NCBI GenBank assembly: GCA_963751455.1
Contig: CAVVUN010000003.1
Span: 256,001 to 320,000, forward strand
Reading direction: 5' to 3'
Length of the DNA: 64,000 nucleotides
Source: Nitrospirota bacterium
GTDB taxonomy: Bacteria; Nitrospirota; UBA9217
Positions 31,029 to 41,058 of the stretch are shown in pieces. The notes under the pieces were generated by a model that was not told where the DNA came from, searched no databases, and saw only the letters and a list, made by a program, of their open reading frames with translations. A program made the position numbers and the translations under genes. Every line of letters starts with the position of its first letter. Within the stretch, counting starts at the first letter, position 1.

Positions 31029-31070
31029 TGGTTTTTAGTTTCAAATCCGAAAACTTTCCGCGAGTCTTTT
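31029..31070 (+). repeat. Y repeat copy 7 (3' part)
   Basis: GGTTTTTAGTTTCAAATCCGAAAACTTTCCGCGAGTCTTT. Confidence 0.7.
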
Positions 31071-31285
31071 ATCCCCGTCATTACCATTCCCGATGTTTTC
31101 ATGTGGTTTCGATAGCAGTCTTTATCAGCCTTGATGGGATCTCCCATCTGGATTAAGTCACTGATTATGCACGGTCACGAGCCCGTAACCCCTGCGTCTG
31201 ATATTTCTTGACAATAAAGAGTTTCAGTCCAATAATAGACGCACCTTTTTTGATTTCGTCGATATTTCAGAATGAGAGGGCTCCA

Positions 31286-32275
31286 ATGCTTTTACGAAAT
31301 AGTTCCCGGGATCAAAAACGAACACTTCATACGGCCAGGCGCCGCGCGGCCATGGCCTTTTCACTCCTTCTGCTGGCAGCAGTTATAGGCTGGAGCGGTT
31401 GTAAAGGCAGTAACAGCTTGCAGATTGCTTTTAAAGATCCCAGCTCGGAACCGATCAAGGCGGTGGTAAGGACTACCGTGCCTCTTGCCTATGCGGCTTC
31501 CGTTGCGATGTCAGCGGTAACAGGCTCCGTGCCGCCGAACGCAGAAATCCTTGTAAATACGTGCACAACAAGTCCTAAGGAGTGCTCCGCTGTAATCAGG
31601 ATCACCGACGATGATTCGAGCGCGCCTTTGCGCATTGCATCCGCGGGACCGGGGACGATGATGGTCTACGGATACTGGTCTACCCCTGACCAGGCGATTC
31701 TTACCGTCGCTTTCTCCGGAAATGCAGGAACCACTCTTTTCCCGATTCACAATGTTTCGGTGTTTCCTGTTTTGAAGAGCGGCAGCAGTTTGAAAATTGT
31801 GTATGCGGTCATCGATATTAATGCGACGACAGCCAAAGATCCTGCCACCCTGACCTCCACAGAAATGGACGCCGCTTTTGTGAAGATTAATATCACTGCG
31901 TCAAACGAAGCTTCCGCGAACCTCGACATGGATGCGTGGCTGATAGACAGGAATGACCGGGGCACCGAGGATGTTTCGGATGACACGTACACCATCAGCG
32001 GAGGAGGCCAGTATATCGAGGCAGGCTCCGGCTCCTCTTCTGTTCTTCAGTTCGGGATGGCTAATGCCGTGATGGGTTCGGATTGTGTGCTTAACCCGAA
32101 TGCCGGGTATGCTGCGCTCAATGAAATCGCAAGCTCTACCTCGGATATGGTGCTTGCAACCGCGCTTATTTTCTTCCATTCCTCTTGCGACGGCACTGCA
32201 AAAGTTTCGGCAGCCGCGGGCAATTATTACCGGGCTAACGGCGAGTCGATCCCTCTGAATTTGAACGGTCCGTAA
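31286..32275 (+). CDS. Hypothetical lipoprotein
   Basis: Hydrophobic segment ending in WSGC; start uncertain. Confidence 0.75.
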   Translation: MLLRNSSRDQKRTLHTARRRAAMAFSLLLLAAVIGWSGCKGSNSLQIAFKDPSSEPIKAVVRTTVPLAYAASVAMSAVTGSVPPNAEILVNTCTTSPKECSAVIRITDDDSSAPLRIASAGPGTMMVYGYWSTPDQAILTVAFSGNAGTTLFPIHNVSVFPVLKSGSSLKIVYAVIDINATTAKDPATLTSTEMDAAFVKINITASNEASANLDMDAWLIDRNDRGTEDVSDDTYTISGGGQYIEAGSGSSSVLQFGMANAVMGSDCVLNPNAGYAALNEIASSTSDMVLATALIFFHSSCDGTAKVSAAAGNYYRANGESIPLNLNGP

Positions 32276-32329
32276 GTCCGGATATCTTAACGTTCGTGGT
32301 GAAAGGGCGATCTGAAAGGTTTGCTCTGA

Positions 32330-33382
32330 TCATTCGAAGTAATTGAGGTAATCCAGCGCATCGCCGGACCCGGCAGCAAGGCAGGTAAGGGGGTCGCTGA
32401 CTTTACGGAAGGGGAACATCAGTTCTTGTTCAAGACGCAGGTCGAGGTTGGGCAACAACACGCCGCCGCCCGCAAGAGCGATCCCGCTATCGAGTATGTC
32501 CACGCTTTCCCGGGGGGACAGGGCCTGGAGAAACGCCTTGATTGACGTTATTATAAGTCGGATCTTCTTTGAAAGGACCTCTCGGATCTCCTCGCCGGAA
32601 ACCTGCGCCGAGCCGCGCGTTCGATCTGCAATGTCGTATCCCTCCACCCGGATGCTCTTGTTCAGTTTGACCGGATAGGCATCGCCTATGCTGATCTTGA
32701 CCCGTTCCGCAGCATGATCGCCGATATTGAGGTTGTAGCGTTCCCTGAGATAGCCTGCTATGGCCCGGTCCATGTGTTCGCCGCCTATGGGCAGTGAACA
32801 GGCGCGGACGACTTTTCCGCCGGCAAGGACCGCCATTTCGGTGGTATCTCCGCCGATATCAACGACCATGTTGGCTCTTTCGTCCGACAAGTCCAACCCG
32901 GCGCCGATCGCAAGGGCATGCGGCTCTTCCATCAAGTAGACTTCTTTCGCACCCGCTGACTCGAGCAGTTTACGGATCGTAGCTTTTTGCTGATCAGAAG
33001 CCGTGCAAGGCACATTTGCGAGCACCCTGAGCGACCTTGGAAACCATGGCCTTATTGGTTCAAGGTACTGCATCAGCATTTCCCTGGCAGCCTCGAAATC
33101 TACAATCGCGCCGTGCCGGACGGGCTTTTGCAGCGTGACCTGGCCGAAATACGGTTCGAGCAGCAGCTTTTTGACAGCTGAACCGGTAAGGACATGGCTC
33201 GTACCGTAAAGCGTTCGCTTAACGGCAATCACGGAAGGTTCATTAACGACGATGCCGCTTCCTTTCCTGAATATGACCGTATTCGTGCTTCCGAGGTCTA
33301 TCGCAAGATCATAAGCAAATTTTTTGGTGATTTTATGCAGAAAAGGCGGCATGTTTTTTTTTGAACACTGAAATTGTGACAT
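32330..33382 (-). CDS. MreB-like actin-family protein (divergent, stand-alone paralog)
   Basis: DLAIDLGSTNT, VVNEPSVIAV, VDIGGDTTE, LAGGGVLL motifs; no mreC/mreD adjacent. Confidence 0.85.
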   Translation of the reverse strand: MSQFQCSKKNMPPFLHKITKKFAYDLAIDLGSTNTVIFRKGSGIVVNEPSVIAVKRTLYGTSHVLTGSAVKKLLLEPYFGQVTLQKPVRHGAIVDFEAAREMLMQYLEPIRPWFPRSLRVLANVPCTASDQQKATIRKLLESAGAKEVYLMEEPHALAIGAGLDLSDERANMVVDIGGDTTEMAVLAGGKVVRACSLPIGGEHMDRAIAGYLRERYNLNIGDHAAERVKISIGDAYPVKLNKSIRVEGYDIADRTRGSAQVSGEEIREVLSKKIRLIITSIKAFLQALSPRESVDILDSGIALAGGGVLLPNLDLRLEQELMFPFRKVSDPLTCLAAGSGDALDYLNYFE

Positions 33383-33667
33383 ACATTATCCGTCACCATG
33401 CTTCGATTTGCAAATAAAACTTCGCGCGGCGCTCCCTCGTCGTCTCTCAGTCGCTTCTCTGCCTGCATCCCGCGTTTAGCGAGATGGTACGACATACCAT
33501 TCCGCACATTCATTGGTTTCGCTCTTTTTCTTCCAATCCTTTATAGTAGGAGGTCTACCACATTAATCGGTATTGACACTAAACGGTTGCCGTGATAATT
33601 TAGGGCCGTTATAGGCTTTCAAACTATCCGGCTGAGTATCGCGCTGATTCGAAGCAAGGGAATTACC

Positions 33668-35029
33668 ATGACCATGGAATGCTATAAGACGATCCGGGCG
33701 AACCTGTACGGAGGGCACTGGCAAAACCCGTTCTCACAGCTTCTGGAAGACCGTGCAGGAATACGCGGGCCGGTTCAAGGCACCCCTGAGGAATTCTCAC
33801 AGATATTATATGAATTGACGCAGGGCGAATTGAACAGGAAAAGCGCGAAAGTCACCTGCGAAGCCGTGGCAAATGGAAAAAAGAACATATTGAAGTTTAT
33901 GGACGGCTGTCTTTTCAACGTCATCAAGACAAAAGGCGGACTTGCCCAGGCGTTGATCGTCATTACGCCGTATGCGCCTTCGAGAGTCGATCTTTTCGAT
34001 TCTCATGAAATACCGCTTGCTCATCTGGTTTTTGAGGGCCTCAGAATAAACGAGGCGTACACGCAGGTTGCCTCCGAATACAGAAGAGAAGAACGAAAAC
34101 TGGAAGCGGAAAAAGCCGCTGAGGAGAGAAGGCTAAGCCGCGAGAGCAGCCTCGACAGGACGCTTACGACGATAGAAAAGGCCAAAAGCGGAGAAACGAT
34201 AATGATCCGGGGCATGCACAACATTGAGGCGCTTGCCGGGCTCGGCTTTGTCCGCAGCCTGGTGGACAATCCGGATAATTGGATCGATGCGGAGGACTTC
34301 CCCGGCATGCGGTACCGTCATGCAAAAAGCGGAATTGAAATGCTCCTGACAGGGCGCGAGAAGTTTCGGCCGATCGAGGAGCTCAACCGGCTTGAACTGT
34401 TCTTTTTCGTAAATAGAAGCGACGACGATCCTGCCTCATTCGTGAAGATGCAAAATAAATTCCGGGAAACAAACAGGGATGGGTCGCTGTATTCGGCCAA
34501 AGAGTTCCATGACGATCTGATAGCCATGGCAAAATATCCGGAAGAGCTCAAGGGCAGAACCGAAGCCGACCTGGGGCTTATGGCAGACGAGGTCGGAGTT
34601 GTTATTGACAGACGGCAGGAGCTGGACAAGGGGATTCTGCCGTATGACGCCGTTTTCAATCGGGACACACAGAGAATAATAGATTATATCTTGAAAAACA
34701 AGACCCCGGCTGCTGAAATAAGAAAGGCGCTTGACTACTTCGAATACACCGGTATGATCGACTCGCCGTACAAGGAAACACTGGATCAACGGATAAAAGC
34801 AGCGCTTGCCGCGGGGGCCGGGGGCAATACGAGTATTGAATCCCTGCTGTACGACAAGAGGGTAAAGGAGATTGTCGCCACAGTGCTGAAAAAATTAGCA
34901 GGGGAACAATTAACCCTGAAAATCGTAACCGTGGCGTTGGCGCCCTATGTAAATGAACTGGGATTCGGGAAACTCGTCAAGATCCGCGAGAGGATATTGC
35001 AGTTAAAGGAACTCGTTCGTACCCAATAA
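33668..35029 (+). CDS. Hypothetical cytoplasmic protein
   Basis: 453-aa ORF with SD; no recognised motif. Confidence 0.75.
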   Translation: MTMECYKTIRANLYGGHWQNPFSQLLEDRAGIRGPVQGTPEEFSQILYELTQGELNRKSAKVTCEAVANGKKNILKFMDGCLFNVIKTKGGLAQALIVITPYAPSRVDLFDSHEIPLAHLVFEGLRINEAYTQVASEYRREERKLEAEKAAEERRLSRESSLDRTLTTIEKAKSGETIMIRGMHNIEALAGLGFVRSLVDNPDNWIDAEDFPGMRYRHAKSGIEMLLTGREKFRPIEELNRLELFFFVNRSDDDPASFVKMQNKFRETNRDGSLYSAKEFHDDLIAMAKYPEELKGRTEADLGLMADEVGVVIDRRQELDKGILPYDAVFNRDTQRIIDYILKNKTPAAEIRKALDYFEYTGMIDSPYKETLDQRIKAALAAGAGGNTSIESLLYDKRVKEIVATVLKKLAGEQLTLKIVTVALAPYVNELGFGKLVKIRERILQLKELVRTQ

Positions 35030-35246
35030 ATATAATCGGCCCTGCCGCCCCTCTTTTTAATGCTTCCCGGCGCTCCGGAAACGATTGCGGATCTTTTTTC
35101 AGTGATTTCCCGGATTAACAATTCTCTTCTTCCATTTAAAATGCCCTTTCGTTATAAACACCAAGCATCATAGGCCCGGCTCTTTTATGTTTCCTGATGC
35201 AAACGCCCTTTCTCAACAATGGCTGCTTCAATAATCCGACTGCCGC

Positions 35247-35648
35247 CTATGCCGCCTTTTTCTTCTTATCTCCGGTCCATTTGCGTATCGAGGCCATGAC
35301 CTTCGCCCGCATTTCGTGGGTAAAATCTTTGATCCCGTGCTTTTCCCTGGCATGCGCCGCTGCTCCCTCCGAGATCAGATCCTCGCTCATGGCTATATAC
35401 CGCCAGGTGCATTCCGCTCCCATATCGCAGTTGTATTCCCTCATCACGAGATCTGCTGCCCCCGCAGCGGCGTCTTTCGTGGGATAGGTGAACAGATTTT
35501 TAATCTTTCCGACCGTCTCGTTGTCAAGTGCCTGCACGCCGTGGACGTCACGTAAATGCAACGCGACCATATCGGCAAGCAGTTCCTCGGTAGCTATATG
35601 CTTCCAGGAACACTGGTAACCAAGGCTGGAACATTTGAATTCTCTCAT
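35247..35648 (-). CDS. Tandem DUF1059 small metal-binding protein
   Basis: Two Cx4-5C…H…H units; SD AGGAGG. Confidence 0.85.
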   Translation of the reverse strand: MREFKCSSLGYQCSWKHIATEELLADMVALHLRDVHGVQALDNETVGKIKNLFTYPTKDAAAGAADLVMREYNCDMGAECTWRYIAMSEDLISEGAAAHAREKHGIKDFTHEMRAKVMASIRKWTGDKKKKAA

Positions 35649-35772
35649 TTCGCACCTCCTCGGGCGTCCTTTGTAATATAAAGGATGCACACCATCCTGT
35701 TTATAGTATAGCATTCAGGATTCTTTCAGGCTTTGGTACACTGGAGGGAAGTCAACATCCCGGGGCCTTGGG

Positions 35773-35895
35773 CTCGCGCAGAGTCGCGGAGACAGGCTTA
35801 AAATCATATGATGTTTCTAAAAAGTACTTAGTCTTAAACAAAGATAAAATATTGTCTTTTCGCTTTACCCTCCGGGCCTCCGCGTCTCCGCGTGA
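35773..35895. repeat. Short-period repeat / inverted-arm element
   Basis: CGCGCAGAGTCGCGGAGA … CTCCGCGTCTCCGCGTG. Confidence 0.55.
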
Positions 35896-35984
35896 AATAG
35901 ATCCGGCTTTTTAGAGGAAACGTGATAACCATCGGCGGCCTTGAAAAAAAGGTTTCGGAGACTGAACGAGCATGAAGCAAAACG

Positions 35985-36014
35985 GAAAAGGCGGTGATCG
36001 CTCACCGCCTTTTC
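35985..36014 (-). terminator. Intrinsic terminator
   Basis: GAAAAGGCGGTGA-TCGC-TCACCGCCTTTTC. Confidence 0.8.
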
Positions 36015-36046
36015 TGTTTCCATCACTTCGGACTACCCATTCCTTC

Positions 36047-36364
36047 TTACGCGGTCTCTCCAGCTTGTTTCCTCTGCCTGAGCGCGGACGGGAGCGATAC
36101 TACATAACCAATTGCCGTACCTCCCAGAGAGCCTACCACGATGCTCACCGCGGCTGCGCAGGTAATCCCGACGCCGATTCCCATTACGATCGCGGCCCTC
36201 ACGAAGAGAGTCGGTTCTACGGTTCCGCCCATCAGTTTCTGGAGCAGTATCAAGGTCCCGAAGCTGCCGAAGTAGAATCCCGGTACGATTCCCGCTATTA
36301 CGAATACCAGCCCGCCTGCTATTGCACCGATCTTCATTCCTGCTTTTATTGTCTCGTTTTTCAT
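36047..36364 (-). CDS. Gly-rich hydrophobic small protein (paralog 2)
   Basis: GxxxG-rich helices, PG..FG motif; SD AAGGAG. Confidence 0.8.
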   Translation of the reverse strand: MKNETIKAGMKIGAIAGGLVFVIAGIVPGFYFGSFGTLILLQKLMGGTVEPTLFVRAAIVMGIGVGITCAAAVSIVVGSLGGTAIGYVVSLPSALRQRKQAGETA

Positions 36365-36421
36365 GGCGATCTCCTTTTTAGATCAAATTTTATTAATAGC
36401 GAATTGCGGTTTTTATCGAAT

Positions 36422-36742
36422 TCATCTGCTCCCTGCAAGCATCTTATTGTCGTGGGTCACCTGCACCAGGGCATCTGCAGCATATCCCATGAGCCAGCCG
36501 GCAGTTGACGCCGCTGTAAGGATCGCGATTCCTGATACCAGAACTCCCGCGAGCATGGACACTAGTACGATACCGCGCGCGATAAGGCCGGACTCAAGAG
36601 GAAGGCCGAACAGCATACCGGAAAAACTTAATCCCGCTGCGCCTCCGAGCAAGCTGCCCGGCAAAAGTCCGAAGAGTGTGAACGCCACCAACCCTGCACC
36701 TGCTCCCATGTATGCCGCTTTTCTTGTCATTGTGGTCTTCAT
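36422..36742 (-). CDS. Gly-rich hydrophobic small protein (paralog 1)
   Basis: GAGAGL…GLLPGSLLGG; SD AAGGAG. Confidence 0.8.
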   Translation of the reverse strand: MKTTMTRKAAYMGAGAGLVAFTLFGLLPGSLLGGAAGLSFSGMLFGLPLESGLIARGIVLVSMLAGVLVSGIAILTAASTAGWLMGYAADALVQVTHDNKMLAGSR

Positions 36743-36780
36743 TGTAGTTCTCCTTTGCGTTCGTTCTTTGCGTGGTATAT

Positions 36781-36796
36781 TGCATCGCGCATGCCA
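36781..36796 (-). promoter_or_regulatory. Sigma54 -24/-12 promoter
   Basis: TGGCATGCGCGATGCA (GG-N10-GC) about 40 nt before the first ATG. Confidence 0.65.
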
Positions 36797-37059
36797 AAGT
36801 CTAAGTTCTTGATTTTGCGGAGCTGCGGCTGGTTACGGCGTTTGCAAGAGTGAGAAACAAGGTCGTGATGTTACAGGAATGCAAAGAAACGTCCGCAGGT
36901 ATGCTGATACGGGATCAGGATACAGGAATACGGATATACCAAACCATAAGTACCTTTTTTCTGTGCACCATTCCCGCCGATAAAAAGAAAATAGCCGACT
37001 TATTCACGAAACAAGTCACCGGGCTCGCACATCAAGTAATAGGGTCTGCTTCCTGGTTT

Positions 37060-37345
37060 TCAGTTCAGCAGGTCTTTTACCATGCCGCTTACCAGCCGTG
37101 CGATTGCCGGAGCAGCAGTAAGGCCCGGGGATTCGATGCCGATGAGATTGATCAGGCCCGGAATGTTGTTTCTGGTTTCGTCCGTGATCACGAAATCTCT
37201 CACCGGCTCCCCGGGCCCCTGGAGCTTCGGCCTGACACGGCCATTTCAGGCCGGAAGGCATCCTTTTCGAGTCCTCTGATGATCCTGTTGGCAGCCTCGA
37301 AAAAAAGGTTCCCTTTGGCGGGGTCCACTGAATACGCGATAGCGT
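37060..37345 (-). pseudogene. C-terminal fragment of an LhgO-like FAD-dependent oxidoreductase, frameshifted
   Basis: YSVDP…/VRPKLQGPGEPVRDFVI…GLINLIGIESPGLTAAPAIA across two frames. Confidence 0.75.
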
Positions 37346-37698
37346 CTGCCCCGTTGCGTTGCATAACCGTGCACGGCAGCCATTTTTTTTGTACTGTCCA
37401 TTTTTAGACTGTTTATCCGTTAATAGCAGGTTTTCCGACACCACAGCGGACATCAAATTGCGCAACTACCTGTATTACAAGAAGTTCAGTTATGGAACAA
37501 AATTTGCTAGATAAAGAATATATTTTATAAAAAAAACATATACATACCCTGAAAATACCCCGGCACGGCGGTCGAGCACTCGGGTATTATTGAACTGCTT
37601 CATGGGGCAGTTCGGAATTGTCAGTGGCTCATTCCCCATAGCAAGCTGCGGCGAAGTCGACTTTACTTGCCGGGCGTGCGTATAAGGAGGAACAGAAA

Positions 37699-39738
37699 AT
37701 GACCAGCGCGAAGAGGACCCGGAAGGTAAAATCGAGCGGTTGCGCGGAGCTGAAAAAAAGACTTGCTGAGATGGAGGCGCGGGCAAAACGCGCGGAGGCT
37801 GTCCTCACGTTCAGCGCTGCTCCAACGCTGCTGGTGGATAAGGAGCTGACCATCACTGCCATAAACGATACGGCCCTCCACGCAATGGGGTTCAATCGCG
37901 ACGAAGTCGTCGGCAAAATGAACTGCTCGGATTTTGCGAAGACTCCCTTATGCGGAACGGAGAACTGCACGCTCAGAAACTGCATTCGTTCCGGCCGGAC
38001 GATCACAGCAGAGACGATCGCCGAGACCAGGGAGGGCCGGAAGTTTCCTATCAAGGCAGCGTGTTCTCCCCTCAGGGACGAACAGGGCAACATTTATGGA
38101 GGCATGGAGGTGATCATCGATCAAACGGACGTTGTCCGCGCACAGCGGCAGATAGAAAATATCCTCAAATCGATTGCCGCTCCCATGTTCGTTACCGACG
38201 CGGATTTGACCATTACCTCCATAAATGAGGCTGCGCTCAAAGCCATGGGATACCGGAGGGAAGAGGTTCTCGGCAAAATGACCTGTGCCGATTTTTGCAG
38301 AACTCCGCTGTGCGGGACAGACAAATGCACCATTAAAAACTGTTTTCGAACCGGGCAAGCCATCATCGGCGAGACCGTTGCAGAGGCAAAGGACGGCCGG
38401 AAAATTCCTATACAGGCTGCCTGTTCCTCGCTATTCGACGAGCACGGCAAACCCTACGGCGGTATGGAAGTCATCATCGACATTACCGAAGTAAAACGTC
38501 TGCAGCGCGAAGCGGATGAACAGCGAACCTACCTGGAGCGCCAGGTCGGCATACTGGTTGAAAAGCTCGAGGCCTTCAGCAAGGGCGATCTCTCCATGGA
38601 AATTGTGGCGGAACGCAAGGACGAGATGGGCCGGATCGTCGACAGCCTGAACCATGTTCTTCAGAACCTGAGAGGTCTTGCCCGGGCCGCAGAAATAATC
38701 AGCCGCGGAGATTTGACAGGCAACGTCAGCGTGCTTTCGGACAAGGACACGCTCGGGAAATCCCTCTCGGCCATGATCGAAAAACTCCGGACGGTCGTTT
38801 CAGATGTGAAATATGCGGCGGATAATGTTGCTGCCGGCAGCGAGCAGATGAATGCCGGGTCCGAGCAGCTGTCCCAGGGCGCCACAGAACAGGCGGCATC
38901 CGCGGAGGAGGCGTCGGCCTCAATAGAAGAGATGCATGCGACAATACGGCAAAACGCGGACAATGCGCAGCAAACGGAAAAGATCGCGCTTAAATCAGCG
39001 GTCTACGCCGAGGAGAGCGGAAAGGCGGTCTCGGAAGCAGTTGTGGCAATGAAGGACATCGTCGGGAAAATATCGATTATCGAAGAAATTGCCCGTCAGA
39101 CGAATTTGCTTGCGCTCAATGCCGCTATCGAAGCGGCCCGGGCCGGCGAGCATGGGAAGGGCTTTGCCGTTGTGGCCGCGGAAGTGAGAAAACTTGCAGA
39201 GCGGAGCCAGACGGCCTCGGGGGAGATCAGCACGTTATCGTTATCCAGCGTCCAGGTCGCCGAACGCGCCGGGACGATGCTTACACGGCTGGTACCCGAT
39301 ATTCAGAAGACGGCCGAACTGGTGCAGGAAATCAACGCTGCCAGCAAGGAACAGTCGAACGGAGCAGCCCAGATCAGTGAAGCAGTCGTGCAATTGAACC
39401 AGGTGATCCAGCAGAATGCCGGCGCTGCGGAAGAGATGTCCACGACCGCGGAACAGCTTTCCTCCCAGGCTGAACAACTTCTGGACACGGTATCATTCTT
39501 TACAACGGTTGAAAACGAACATGAATCTCCGGATAACAGGCCGCGGTTATTAAATGATAACACTATCCGGTACGGGAAAACGCCTGAAAGTCCGCGCCGG
39601 CTTTCGCAAAAAAAACCCATCAAGCCGCTTCAGCCCGCTCCCTCTCGCCGTACAGCAGGCGTTTCCCTGCGCATGGCTGATGACAGCGACTCCAATGGAA
39701 ATGGTGATAAAAAAGACCCTGATTACGAGCGGTATTAA
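37699..39738 (+). CDS. Soluble methyl-accepting chemotaxis protein (2 Cys-rich PAS + HAMP + MA)
   Basis: [40 protein letters not shown]; no TM segment. Confidence 0.95.
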   Translation: MTSAKRTRKVKSSGCAELKKRLAEMEARAKRAEAVLTFSAAPTLLVDKELTITAINDTALHAMGFNRDEVVGKMNCSDFAKTPLCGTENCTLRNCIRSGRTITAETIAETREGRKFPIKAACSPLRDEQGNIYGGMEVIIDQTDVVRAQRQIENILKSIAAPMFVTDADLTITSINEAALKAMGYRREEVLGKMTCADFCRTPLCGTDKCTIKNCFRTGQAIIGETVAEAKDGRKIPIQAACSSLFDEHGKPYGGMEVIIDITEVKRLQREADEQRTYLERQVGILVEKLEAFSKGDLSMEIVAERKDEMGRIVDSLNHVLQNLRGLARAAEIISRGDLTGNVSVLSDKDTLGKSLSAMIEKLRTVVSDVKYAADNVAAGSEQMNAGSEQLSQGATEQAASAEEASASIEEMHATIRQNADNAQQTEKIALKSAVYAEESGKAVSEAVVAMKDIVGKISIIEEIARQTNLLALNAAIEAARAGEHGKGFAVVAAEVRKLAERSQTASGEISTLSLSSVQVAERAGTMLTRLVPDIQKTAELVQEINAASKEQSNGAAQISEAVVQLNQVIQQNAGAAEEMSTTAEQLSSQAEQLLDTVSFFTTVENEHESPDNRPRLLNDNTIRYGKTPESPRRLSQKKPIKPLQPAPSRRTAGVSLRMADDSDSNGNGDKKDPDYERY

Positions 39739-40057
39739 AACTGCTGAAACAAAAATCTAACGACAGATCTTTACTGTGTTACGTCGTGACCATCTCACCT
39801 GCGGGAAGCTCTTTTCGTTCTACGCTCCATCCCGGTAATTGGGTGCCGCGTCCAAGCTCCGTCATCCCCCTTACGTGCGTTTCTTTACGCCTGAGATAAC
39901 GCTCAACCCGTTATCCTTGCGGGGCAGAACGGGAACTCCGGCAGCTCACAGCTGCAATGCAGGGCATTCCGAATTAAACAGCTCATATGGCAGCATCAAT
40001 ACTTGACACATCACCAGATACACGGCATACTAAGCGAAGAAGCATACGGAGGACCCT

Positions 40058-40531
40058 ATGCAACGTATCATGGCAACCGCGCTGTTCATTCTGGCAATGT
40101 CGGCTCAGACCGTACAAGCCGGAGAAATCCGCGAAATAGAACTGAACGACGGCAGCATTATTACCGGAGAGGTGCTGTCATTGACCAACGGTATATACAC
40201 GATAAAATCCCAGACTCTGGGTACGGTGCGCATCGAGGAAGCGAAGATACGGGCACTCCGGTCACGGACGCCGGCTTCCCCCGGTCCTCAGTCGAACAGC
40301 GGCGCATCAACGCAGCCGGGACCGCTCATGGATAAAATGATGAGCAGCGCAGAGATCATGACCCTGATCCGGGGGCTGCAGGACGATCCGGACTTCACGA
40401 AAATCCTCGCGGACCCGGACATCATGCAGGCGGTCAAAAATAATGATGTCGCGACACTGCTATCCAAACCTGAATTCATGAAACTCCTGGACAAATCCTC
40501 TGTTCGAAATATCCAGGATAAGGTCAAATAG
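40058..40531 (+). CDS. Hypothetical secreted protein
   Basis: Signal peptide; IELNDGSIITGEV; STI1-like DP-rich C-terminus. Confidence 0.8.
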   Translation: MQRIMATALFILAMSAQTVQAGEIREIELNDGSIITGEVLSLTNGIYTIKSQTLGTVRIEEAKIRALRSRTPASPGPQSNSGASTQPGPLMDKMMSSAEIMTLIRGLQDDPDFTKILADPDIMQAVKNNDVATLLSKPEFMKLLDKSSVRNIQDKVK

Positions 40532-40549
40532 GGAACCTCTTTCCGGCAG

Positions 40550-40960
40550 ATGCAATTACGAAAACTACAATTCAAAGCCGTTCTTTTGGGAGTTCTTACT
40601 GATACGATCGGCACGCTGGCCATTGCAACCGTGTTAATCTTTGCGATGGCGGCAGCCGGGCTTCCGGGGGATGAAATTACCGCTCGCATGCGGGGCTTCA
40701 GCGGTCTTATGCTGATGCTGATCTTCGGCCTGGGCTTTACGCTCACTGGCGGCTATGTCGCCGGACGTATTGCCCGGCAATCCGAGATCCTGCACGGAGC
40801 GGCCGTTGCGGGAATAGGTCTGGTCCTGGGTCTTTTATTCCGGGAAACGGGCCTGCCTCTCTGGTATGAAATAATCAGCTTCGCTGCAATGGTCCCGATC
40901 GGCATGGCGGGCGGTTATATTGCACGAGAAGGAAACGTGAAAAGTTCAAGTATGAAGTAA
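40550..40960 (+). CDS. Small 4-TM membrane protein
   Basis: GGYVAGRIA…LHG pattern. Confidence 0.8.
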   Translation: MQLRKLQFKAVLLGVLTDTIGTLAIATVLIFAMAAAGLPGDEITARMRGFSGLMLMLIFGLGFTLTGGYVAGRIARQSEILHGAAVAGIGLVLGLLFRETGLPLWYEIISFAAMVPIGMAGGYIAREGNVKSSSMK

Positions 40961-41025
40961 GAAGTTTGAACATGAAACATGAGCATCTTTTTCCTAATTT
41001 CTACATTCTGCCTTCCTACTTCTAC
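40945..41025. repeat. Heptamer-repeat inverted element
   Basis: AAGTATG AAGTAAG AAGTTTG … TTCCTAA TTTCTAC ATTCTGC CTTCCTA CTTCTAC; similar element at about 25105-25170. Confidence 0.5.
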
Positions 41026-41058
41026 CCTGTTTCCCACGAGCTTTTCTGCTGATCCTGC

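Noticed and set aside
2809-31070. Y repeats as a CRISPR array or integron attC sites
   Set aside because: Copies are degenerate and hundreds to thousands of bases apart, with no cas genes; no RYYYAAC…GTTRRRY bottom-strand hairpin and no intI in the window
32330-33382. MamK / magnetosome island
   Set aside because: Motifs are MreB-like and no mam or mad genes are recognisable nearby
39840-39940. TPP riboswitch-like words (GGGTGCC…CTGAGA…ACCCG)
   Set aside because: The CCTGAT…TAAT…GCGxAGGGA half is missing and no thiamine gene follows
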